Origin: a virus
Taxonomy: Duplodnaviria; Caudoviricetes
Length of the DNA stretch: 24,046 nt
Reading direction: 5' to 3' (one strand)
Virus record (IMG/VR): IMGVR_UViG_3300037424_003005
Coordinates: 1 to 24,046 of that record
The translations under genes were made by a program, and so were the position numbers. The notes beneath the pieces are model-generated. The model did not search any database. It saw only the letters and a list, made by a program, of their open reading frames with translations, and was not told where the DNA came from. Of this stretch, positions 18,095 to 24,046 are shown one piece after another (position 1 is the stretch's first letter; every line of letters begins with the position of its first letter).

Positions 18095-18335
18095 GGTAGA
18101 CCCTCCCTTGGATGGATTGGGGACCGTTGCCGACACTGGCCTGCACGCGCATGGCCTGCAACTTGTCGAGGCGGGCCTCGATCTGCGGCAGGGCTGGACG
18201 GCGCACGGTAGTGCGCGAGCCGTCGGGAAGGGCGACGGTGTACTCCTCGCTGATGGCGAGGGCACGGATGGCACTCTTCCAGAGTTCGATTTCGGTGGTG
18301 AGTTCGGCTGCGGTGTAGAGCGGCGTCGTTGTCAT
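18087..18335 (-). CDS. Head completion protein (gpW-like)
   Basis: 82 aa; helix-hairpin-helix pattern (EY......R...R..L..I); overlaps the portal start. Confidence 0.75.
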   Translation of the reverse strand: MTTTPLYTAAELTTEIELWKSAIRALAISEEYTVALPDGSRTTVRRPALPQIEARLDKLQAMRVQASVGNGPQSIQGRVYRG

Positions 18336-18342
18336 GGCGCCT

Positions 18343-18412
18343 AGGATGGGGGAGTTTTTTGCAAAAGTCGTGGACGTGGTGGACGTGCTGGACGTGGTGG
18401 ACGTGCTGGACG
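18343..18412 (-). promoter_or_regulatory. Putative activator-dependent late promoter with 9-bp tandem repeats
   Basis: TGGACGTG(G/C) x4 plus TGGACG at 18371-18412; weak -10-like CATCCT (18348-18343) 7 nt before the gpW ATG. Confidence 0.55.
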
Positions 18413-18443
18413 GTTTTTAATGTGGGGAGGGCGTTTTTTTTGC

Positions 18444-18473
18444 AAAAAAAGCCCCCGGCGGGGTGGCCGGGGC
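18444..18473 (-). terminator. Rho-independent terminator separating the early/integron block from late genes
   Basis: Minus strand GCCCCGGC-caccc-cGCCGGGGGC followed by T7. Confidence 0.75.
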
Positions 18474-18609
18474 GTTTAAGGATGAAGGATGAATTATGAG
18501 GGATGAAGGCGGCAGGATCAACATGTGCGGCTGATCCGACAGAGGGTTTGTGCTCTGCAAAACTCCCAAAACAGGGCGTCTTAAACGGGGCTTCCCGTCC
18601 ACATGTAGT

Positions 18610-18852
18610 CTAGCCTGCCACCTTCAACTCATGATGAATACAACCGAAGAGCGGCCCAGTACCGACGGCATCGTAACAATTCAGCGCGTCTAAATCCTGT
18701 CGCTCTGGGTCGGTGTATGATCCATAGCCAACTTTTGGATGCCCGCAACATTTATGACTTGGCCCTCCAGGAATATCCATCGACCGGTTGGCTTCGTCTT
18801 CTTCAACCTCGGGATCGAATCCCCACCATTGGCAGGAGCTACAGGTGTTCAT
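18610..18852 (-). CDS. Cys/His-rich small hypothetical protein
   Basis: 80 aa; TCSSCQWW...C.HP...TGPLFGCIHHE, a phage early-gene type; ATGA overlap. Confidence 0.7.
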   Translation of the reverse strand: MNTCSSCQWWGFDPEVEEDEANRSMDIPGGPSHKCCGHPKVGYGSYTDPERQDLDALNCYDAVGTGPLFGCIHHELKVAG

Positions 18853-19100
18853 TCGGTCTCCTCCGGTTCAAGCGGCGAACCGATGGGGCCGGCCCACTCA
18901 CCGCCAGCATAAGCCTCCCGAGCGACATCACCTGGCCAAGCATCTGGCTGTTCCCACAAATATAGAACATCTGAAGAATAGATACCTTCTTCAGTCACCA
19001 GCAAGACCTCCGGATCAACGCCTTTCTCCCACCGAAACCAATACCATCCAGGACGGTCCGGGGCAGGCAGAAAGGTCTTTGTCCATCTCAATTCCATCAC
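18849..19100 (-). CDS. Trp-rich hypothetical phage protein
   Basis: 83 aa; WT...P..PGWYW.R...EWAGPI..P pattern. Confidence 0.7.
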   Translation of the reverse strand: MMELRWTKTFLPAPDRPGWYWFRWEKGVDPEVLLVTEEGIYSSDVLYLWEQPDAWPGDVAREAYAGGEWAGPIGSPLEPEETE

Positions 19101-19107
19101 TCCGCCT

Positions 19108-19263
19108 CTATTTCTTCGCTTTCACCAACTGTTCATAGGCATCACGGATCATCATCCGCAGCCAGCCGCTGGCGGGGATGCCCCGGCTCGCGGCGACCTT
19201 CTTGAGCAGCTCCGCCTCTTCGTCCGAATATCTCAGCTGGAAAATCTTATCCTTGTTTCCCAC
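19108..19263 (-). CDS. Ribbon-helix-helix (CopG/Arc-like) regulator, 51 aa, absent from the ORF track
   Basis: GTG start with RBS AGGAGG; MGNKDKIFQLRYSDEEAELLKKVAASRGIPASGWLRMMIRDAYEQLVKAKK. Confidence 0.75.
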   Translation of the reverse strand: MGNKDKIFQLRYSDEEAELLKKVAASRGIPASGWLRMMIRDAYEQLVKAKK

Positions 19264-19324
19264 GGTCTCACCTCCTGGCAGATGTCATTACATTTACCAC
19301 CAGCCATTGACGGTGGTCAAGCAG

Positions 19325-20410
19325 TTACAGGCTTCCTCCGCAATGCGGACAGGTCTTAAAATCTCCGACACCATAGAGACGATCAACGGGCGACACCACC
19401 CGACGGAAGCGGGTCCTTGCCACATGGAGATAACCCATCGTCGTTTTCAGATCCTTGTGGCCCATCAGATCCTGGACCATCTTCACGTCCTCGCCGTTTT
19501 CCAGAAGATGCGTGGCGAACGAATGGCGCAGGGAGTGCGGCCCGGCGTGCTTGTAGACCTTGGCGCGAATCATCGCGGCGTGAAACGCTTTCTGCATAAG
19601 CGACACGTCAAGGTGCCATCGACCTTCCTGCCTGGCCTCTTTGTCAACCCATCGTGAGCCCGCAGGGAAAACCCACTGCCAAGCCCACGACTTTGCCGCA
19701 TTCGGGTATTTTTTGGCGAGAGCATCGGGCATGAAGACCGCGCCCCACCCTTCGGCCAGATCGCGCTCCCATAACCGCTTGGCATATTCGATCTGAGCGC
19801 GTAAGGGCTCGACATCGTGCTTCGGGAGCGGCAGCGTTCTGGCATTCAGGGCTTTGCTGGATTGCAGGATGATCATCTCTTGACCGAAATCGATATCCTT
19901 GATCCTGAGCGTCAGGCAGTCGACCTCAACCCGTAGGCCATCGCCATACATGAGATCCGCTGCCAACAGATAGGGATTCGACAACTCAGCCAGGACTCTC
20001 TTTACTTCGTCTTCAGATAAGACGACGGGGATATGCTTTGCCTTCTGTGCCCTCGGGGCATCGATCAAACCGACGTCATGATGCAGAATCTTGCCGTAAA
20101 AATACAAAAGCGCATTCAGCATGACATTCTGAGTGGATGCTGCTACGTGTTTTTCCATGGCGGCATAGGTTAAAAATTCACGGATCGCAGCTTCATCGGT
20201 CAGAAGCGAATGGCGCTTAATCTTAAAATCGAGGAACTCGGCCACATAGCCACAATAAGAATCTTCCGTGCTGGGGGCTAAATGCTCCAGGCGTATCTCC
20301 CGGTGCATCGCCTGCAATAGTGCGTCAAAATCGGTCAGCTTGCTTGATTTGATTGGTACGTTATCGGGCCTTTTTTCGGCATAACGCCTTTGACTCCAAC
20401 GACTTCCCAT
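19325..20410 (-). CDS. intI: Integron integrase (tyrosine recombinase with the integron-specific I2 insertion)
   Basis: [41 protein letters not shown]...[35 protein letters not shown]; RBS AGGAGG. Confidence 0.93.
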   Translation of the reverse strand: MGSRWSQRRYAEKRPDNVPIKSSKLTDFDALLQAMHREIRLEHLAPSTEDSYCGYVAEFLDFKIKRHSLLTDEAAIREFLTYAAMEKHVAASTQNVMLNALLYFYGKILHHDVGLIDAPRAQKAKHIPVVLSEDEVKRVLAELSNPYLLAADLMYGDGLRVEVDCLTLRIKDIDFGQEMIILQSSKALNARTLPLPKHDVEPLRAQIEYAKRLWERDLAEGWGAVFMPDALAKKYPNAAKSWAWQWVFPAGSRWVDKEARQEGRWHLDVSLMQKAFHAAMIRAKVYKHAGPHSLRHSFATHLLENGEDVKMVQDLMGHKDLKTTMGYLHVARTRFRRVVSPVDRLYGVGDFKTCPHCGGSL

Positions 20411-20446
20411 GACTGACCTCCTTTCGTGATAAGACGCAATCTTGCG

Positions 20447-20465
20447 GGATAATCAGTAGTTAGGG
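20447..20465 (+). other. attI-like simple site
   Basis: L box GGATAAT, 5-bp spacer CAGTA, R box G^TTAGGG; about 40-55 bp upstream of the intI start and divergent from it; same geometry as the attI1 core. Confidence 0.75.
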
Positions 20466-20654
20466 TGATTTTAGCCGTTTTAGCTGGGCGTAGAGTTCGA
20501 CCCATGCAAAAGCAATCGCCCTCGGCGGTCGGCCGTTTGGCCCGTCATCCTCCCAGCTCTGCCAGGTGCGGTACTTCTCCCCGGTCAGGCGGGCCGCTTC
20601 TGCCATTGAGAGGCCCGTTGCTTCACGGGCCTCCCTGAGATCCTTGGCGGTCAC
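20460..20654 (-). CDS. XRE-family HTH protein
   Basis: DLREAREATGLSMAEAARLTG..YRTWQSWE; its stop codon is the TTA of the R box. Confidence 0.85.
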   Translation of the reverse strand: MTAKDLREAREATGLSMAEAARLTGEKYRTWQSWEDDGPNGRPPRAIAFAWVELYAQLKRLKSP

Positions 20655-20867
20655 TTATGCCACCTCATCCACTTCGCCGGTCTCAATCAGTTCGTCAACC
20701 TCTTCGCGGCTGAGCTGCCAGCGCTCGATTGCATTTTTGCCGTCGTCGTTGATACTGCTTTCTTCGGTCGGCCAGAGAATGCAGTCGCCAGAGTCGTGCA
20801 GCCACAAAAAAGAATCTTCACCGGCTGCGGTTTTAGCTTCCAGAATTTCATTAACGGTCGTGGTCAT
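20655..20867 (-). CDS. Small acidic hypothetical protein (70 aa)
   Basis: ATG 20867 with RBS AGGAGA; abuts the HTH gene. Confidence 0.7.
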   Translation of the reverse strand: MTTTVNEILEAKTAAGEDSFLWLHDSGDCILWPTEESSINDDGKNAIERWQLSREEVDELIETGEVDEVA

Positions 20868-20910
20868 GTCTGATCTCCTTGGGTTATTTGTTCCGCTCTT
20901 CTTGATTTTA

Positions 20911-20959
20911 ATTATACGCACATTGTGAACGATTGCAAGTGAAATAATTCACTTTGTGC
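20911..20959 (-). promoter_or_regulatory. Sigma70-type promoter with paired operators inside cassette 1
   Basis: -35 TTGCAA (20938-20933), 16 bp, -10 TATAAT (20916-20911); inverted repeats GCACAttGTGAA (20918-20929) and TTCACttTGTGC (20948-20959). Confidence 0.7.
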
Positions 20960-20999
20960 ATTTTTATTTTAGAGCGGTGACAATCACCCTAATCAGTAG

Positions 21000-21173
21000 T
21001 TATGGCGCTCACCCCTTAATCACCGTTATCAAAAGTGCCAAGCATATCAGACCTATCCACCCTAGCGGAGTGCAAAACAGCAAAATAAGAAAAGCCCAAA
21101 ATCCATCCATTACTAACTCCTATCCGCGCCATAACAAGGCGCTCATGCGGACTAGCCGCATATCTGAAAATCG
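21000..21173 (+). mobile_element. Gene cassette 2
   Basis: GTTATGGCGC at 20999 is complementary to GCGCCATAAC at 21126. Confidence 0.8.
21009..21110 (-). CDS. 33-aa hydrophobic membrane micropeptide, absent from the ORF track
   Basis: RBS AGGAG; MDGFWAFLILLFCTPLGWIGLICLALLITVIKG; fills the cassette exactly. Confidence 0.7.
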   Translation of the reverse strand: MDGFWAFLILLFCTPLGWIGLICLALLITVIKG

Positions 21174-21179
21174 TTATGG
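21129..21179 (+). other. attC site (short, 51 bp)
   Basis: R'' CCATAAC, AAGGC, L'' GCTCATGC (extra base at position 4), GG-ACTAG-CC, L' GCATATC, R' GTTATGG. Confidence 0.75.
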
Positions 21180-21450
21180 CGCTAACTTTTCGGCAGACAT
21201 TCCGCCAAGTTCTGAACCCAGCAAGGCCCAAGACTTCTGTTGATCTGATAAATAAGTTCTTTTGCCTCTTCTCCTGACTGCAACTCCGACAGGATGTAGG
21301 ATATGGGCATTGGACTTCCATCTCGGAGAATTGCCGAACCATCGCCGCATATTCCTTCTGAAAACTCATGCTTCATCTGTCTACCTCCCGCGCCATAACA
21401 AGGCGCTGCAAGTCGGACCGGCAAAGAGCGCCGGCCCTTGAGCTTAGTGG
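21174..21450 (+). mobile_element. Gene cassette 3
   Basis: GTTATGGCGC at 21173 is complementary to GCGCCATAAC at 21390. Confidence 0.85.
21182..21376 (-). CDS. Small hypothetical protein (64 aa)
   Basis: ATG 21376 with RBS GGAGGT right next to R''; MKHEFSEGICGDGSAILRDG. Confidence 0.75.
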   Translation of the reverse strand: MKHEFSEGICGDGSAILRDGSPMPISYILSELQSGEEAKELIYQINRSLGPCWVQNLAECLPKS

Positions 21451-21456
21451 TTAGAT
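21393..21456 (+). other. attC site (64 bp)
   Basis: R'' CCATAAC, AAGGC, L'' GCTGCAAG, CCGGC/GCCGG stem, L' CTTGAGC, TTAGTG, R' GTTAGAT. Confidence 0.9.
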
Positions 21457-21669
21457 TGCTTCTTCCAGCGCTTTTTCAATATCTGCACTGACTCTATCCA
21501 GAATCATCCTGGCCGGGCTGCGACCTTCGATTTCCCGCGATCGCAATTCAAAAATTTTTGCAGCCGCGAGCATCCCCGCTTTAAATGCTTCACTGGCATC
21601 AACCCTGTAAAGCCTATAATGCGCAAATTTTACTTCAGGCGAATCAAACCATTCATCAAACACGCTCAT
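21451..21669 (-). CDS. Small hypothetical protein (72 aa)
   Basis: ATG 21669 with RBS GGAGGT; MSVFDEWF...EAFKAG; its stop TAA is the TTA of the R' box. Confidence 0.75.
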   Translation of the reverse strand: MSVFDEWFDSPEVKFAHYRLYRVDASEAFKAGMLAAAKIFELRSREIEGRSPARMILDRVSADIEKALEEAI

Positions 21670-21783
21670 TGCTCTACCTCCGCAATCTAACAAAATAATG
21701 CAGGCGGACCGAATGACCGTCTGCGGGTCTCGAAAATCTCTGCGGTTCGCGTCTATTTCGTCGCGGTCCGCTGATCAAATGCG
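21451..21783 (+). mobile_element. Gene cassette 4
   Basis: GTTAGATTGC at 21450 is complementary to GCAATCTAAC at 21682. Confidence 0.85.
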
Positions 21784-21789
21784 TTATGA
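21685..21789 (+). other. attC site (105 bp)
   Basis: R'' ATCTAAC, AAAAT, AAT(G)CAG(G)CGGACCG pairing with CGGTCCGCTGATC, AAATGC, R' GTTATGA. Confidence 0.88.
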
Positions 21790-21790
21790 C

Positions 21791-21979
21791 TCACCCGTTC
21801 TCCTGATAGGTCGGTTTGAGAGTGTAGCGCCCTTCGCCGTCTTTGATCAGCTTGGCGCCGACGGCTTTGGGGTTGGTGGAGGCCAGGGAGTCAACGAAGT
21901 CCTCGGCGGTGAAGCCGACCGGGACGTGGTGCTCGCGGCCCTGGAATTTGATGATGATGTCGGTTTGTTGTTGGGGCAT
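21791..21979 (-). CDS. Small protein ending in Gly, ubiquitin-like/PRTRC protein C-like candidate
   Basis: 62 aa from ATG 21979 (RBS AAGGAA); beta-beta-helix-beta-beta pattern ending YTLKPTYQENG. Confidence 0.5.
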   Translation of the reverse strand: MPQQQTDIIIKFQGREHHVPVGFTAEDFVDSLASTNPKAVGAKLIKDGEGRYTLKPTYQENG

Positions 21980-22046
21980 GGTTTGTTTCCTTTCTCTCAA
22001 ATCGGCAAATTGCGCAATTTGGCAAACTGAACATTTATGCTTGAGC

Positions 22047-22070
22047 GAACGCGGCATGCCGAGCCCCTAC
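22047..22070. repeat. Degenerate GTAG-family REP
   Basis: ...CGGCATGCCGAGCCCCTAC, similar to 13302-13325. Confidence 0.55.
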
Positions 22071-22074
22071 GTGG

Positions 22075-22221
22075 TCAAAGGTCTTTCTTCCTCAAGACCT
22101 GGTGGCACTTGCCGCAGACGAGGTCTGTTTCCGTAAAATATCTGTCGCATACCGGAAGATGATCGCACTCCGGAGGCTGCTGATCTTCCTGTTGTCGGGT
22201 GGCGTATTCGAAAAGATCCAT
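22075..22221 (-). CDS. 48-aa possible zinc-binding protein, absent from the ORF track
   Basis: MDLFEYATRQQEDQQPPECDHLPVCDRYFTETDLVCGKCHQVLRKKDL; starts 2 nt after the upstream stop. Confidence 0.55.
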   Translation of the reverse strand: MDLFEYATRQQEDQQPPECDHLPVCDRYFTETDLVCGKCHQVLRKKDL

Positions 22222-22223
22222 GC

Positions 22224-22997
22224 TCAGAATGCGCTCATCTCATCTTCGACAGGCGCCGGATCGGCGGCGGGCTCTCCGGCGGAACGGGCGGTGCGGGTGG
22301 CTTCACGCACCTGCTTTTCGATCTCGACCAGCAGGGCGGCGCGATCGGCGGGCGACAGGGCGGCGCTGGCGACTTTTTCGGGGATGACTGCGTCGCCGAC
22401 GGAGATGGTGCGGGTGATCATCGTTGGCAACTGGACGCGGCCGGGAGTGAGTTGGGCCGGGTCGATCTTGAAGTGGTAGGCGACTTGGACACGGGTCTCG
22501 GACATGGGGTTTCTCTCCTTTGGGTTGGTTTGTTTCTCGATACAGTGAAAATTTTTCGGCCGGCCGGGTTTTAAATCGATCCAACCTGCCACCATTCCCT
22601 GCTGCCGATCGTGACCGCGGGCATAAGTTCGGGCAAATCGTAACTTCCATGCGCCGAAATTCTCCGGAGACGGCAATAACCCACAGGGGAAGAGGGTCAT
22701 GAGGCTCAACGCCAGAGCATCACACTCCCGGATCCACCAGCGCTCGTTGATGGTGCGGATGTAGAGATGCCAGCCACCATAGATCCAGCCAGGTACGAAG
22801 AATATCCAAACGTGAGCGGCCCGGCGAGTCGGCCCGTCACACCGTAAAACGCGGGCCAGATGCTTCCGCTGCCTGGCGATTTTATTGGCCCGGATCTCCG
22901 CATAGGTGACAGGCTCTCCATTGACGATGCAGGCGGTCTCCGGGGGCCAGTTGAAACCCATGCTGCGGGCGAAGGATCGCATCATGAGGGTGGCCAT
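22224..22997 (-). CDS. Hypothetical protein, probably two genes in one frame (internal start at 22505)
   Basis: TAATG overlap with the ParB stop; Trp-rich N-terminal half; internal RBS AAGGAG and ATG 22505. Confidence 0.55.
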   Translation of the reverse strand: MATLMMRSFARSMGFNWPPETACIVNGEPVTYAEIRANKIARQRKHLARVLRCDGPTRRAAHVWIFFVPGWIYGGWHLYIRTINERWWIRECDALALSLMTLFPCGLLPSPENFGAWKLRFARTYARGHDRQQGMVAGWIDLKPGRPKNFHCIEKQTNPKERNPMSETRVQVAYHFKIDPAQLTPGRVQLPTMITRTISVGDAVIPEKVASAALSPADRAALLVEIEKQVREATRTARSAGEPAADPAPVEDEMSAF

Positions 22998-24046
22998 TAT
23001 TTGTCTCGCAGGCCTAAATCGACTTCGATGCGACGGGCTTCTTTTTCTTTTTCCGGATCGATCGGTTCCCAGGGGGCATCCCGTTTTCCTGGCCGCACAT
23101 ACGAATAGCGGGAGGTGAGGTTGATTTCGATCTCTCCGAGACAGCACCACGGCGCGGACGGCACCTTGACGCACTTTACCTCGATCAGGTCCCTTGTCTC
23201 GTTAATGTGGAGGATTTCCTGTTCGTCGCTGCCGTCGCGGCTGACAATGTCGCCGATCTGCCAGAAGTCGGCCTGATCGAAGAAGCCCTTGTCGAGATCG
23301 GTGGCGCTGGCGCCGATCCGCTCGGCGAGCTCACGGACGGTGAGCTTGCTGCGCAAGGTGGCGGCGAGGAGATCGAGGGCCAGAGTGGGATCATCGAGAC
23401 GGGTGAAGAGCTCGGCATGGGATTGAGTGATCGAGCCGTCACGCCACGCAGCGAGGATCGTCTCGGGCAGGGTGAGGAGGCGCACCTGACGACGGATGGC
23501 ATGGGGCGGGATGCCGGTGCGGGCGGAGAGTTCGGCGACGGCATCGGGGGTGTTGTGGTGTTTGTCGAGATAGGCCTTGAAGGCGGCGGCGGTCTCGGCG
23601 GGGCTGAGGTCTTCGCGTTGCAAGTTTTCGATGAGCATCAGGTCGAAGGCGGCATCGTCGTCGAGATCGTGGATCATGCAGGGGACCATATAGTCCACCG
23701 GCCGGGGCGGCAATGAGCCGGATCGTTTCGCCTCGGCGCTGAGGGCGAGTTCTTCGGAGACATGCTTGGCGGCGCGGTAGCGGCGCTCGCCGGCGATGAC
23801 TTCGAACATGACCTCGTCACCCGGTACCAGCCGCACCAGGAGCGGTTCGAGGATCCCCTTTTCCCGCACCGAGGCGACCAGCTCCCAGAAGCGCGCCTGG
23901 CGCTGCGGGGTCATGTTCTCTTTGAAGCGGCGGGCGTTGTAGGCGTTGGGCTGAAGCAGCTCCAACGACATGAGGCGGAAGAACGGGGCGGTTTTGGGGG
24001 TTGGCGGCGGGGTTGGTGTTTTGGCGGTTTTCGATTTCGGGGGCAT
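22997..24046 (-). CDS. ParB/RepB/Spo0J-family protein (PRTRC-ParB-like)
   Basis: L..SV.E.GILEPLLVR, IAGERRYRAA, IENLQREDLSP.E.A, then an HTH; atypical C-terminus. Confidence 0.88.
   Translation of the reverse strand: MPPKSKTAKTPTPPPTPKTAPFFRLMSLELLQPNAYNARRFKENMTPQRQARFWELVASVREKGILEPLLVRLVPGDEVMFEVIAGERRYRAAKHVSEELALSAEAKRSGSLPPRPVDYMVPCMIHDLDDDAAFDLMLIENLQREDLSPAETAAAFKAYLDKHHNTPDAVAELSARTGIPPHAIRRQVRLLTLPETILAAWRDGSITQSHAELFTRLDDPTLALDLLAATLRSKLTVRELAERIGASATDLDKGFFDQADFWQIGDIVSRDGSDEQEILHINETRDLIEVKCVKVPSAPWCCLGEIEINLTSRYSYVRPGKRDAPWEPIDPEKEKEARRIEVDLGLRDK

Larger units (their letters stand above)
20460..20999 (+). mobile_element. Gene cassette 1 (attC replaced by a copy of the attI core)
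   Basis: Begins TTAGGGTGATT and ends AATCACCCTAA (perfect complement) followed by TCAGTAG^TTATGG. Confidence 0.75.

Noticed and set aside
18095-18274. Extended portal N-terminus in the ORF track
   Set aside because: Overlaps gpW; GTG 18094 has a good RBS
18371-18412. Tandem repeat as a CRISPR array
   Set aside because: Units are 9 bp with no spacers, and no cas genes are present
18515-18612. Possible degenerate attC or riboswitch (CAACATGTG...CACATGTAG)
   Set aside because: No proper GTT R' box or L-box pairing, and no riboswitch consensus recognised; a covariance model scan would be needed
19325-20410. The tyrosine recombinase as the ordinary prophage integrase or XerD
   Set aside because: It has the integron-specific insertion and adjacent attI/attC sites, and sits internally with phage genes on both sides
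21016-21369. Track ORFs 21016-21369 (-) and 20956-21243 (+)
   Set aside because: They cross att sites and overlap better supported ORFs that have an RBS and fit cassette boundaries

Overview
A minus-strand segment of a temperate siphovirus-like (pro)phage in a GC-rich bacterium. Positions 1-18335 hold a lambda-type morphogenesis operon: gpW-like protein, portal, S49 protease with nested scaffold, head decoration protein, capsid E, head-tail joining, tail terminator, an embedded lysis cassette, tail tube, gpG/gpGT with a -1 slippery site, tape measure, distal tail and tail tip proteins, and fibre/LamG proteins. No terminase lies upstream of gpW within the window. Positions 18600-24046 hold small early/accessory genes and a ParB-family gene. 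The standout feature is a complete, apparently phage-native integron at about 19325-21789: an intact IntI-type integrase, an attI-like site and four cassettes delimited by three attC sites plus one hybrid attC/attI site. Every cassette ORF is antisense to its attC and co-oriented with phage transcription. The first cassette carries a promoter and an HTH regulator pointing into intI. All calls are from reading motifs by eye; no searches were run.
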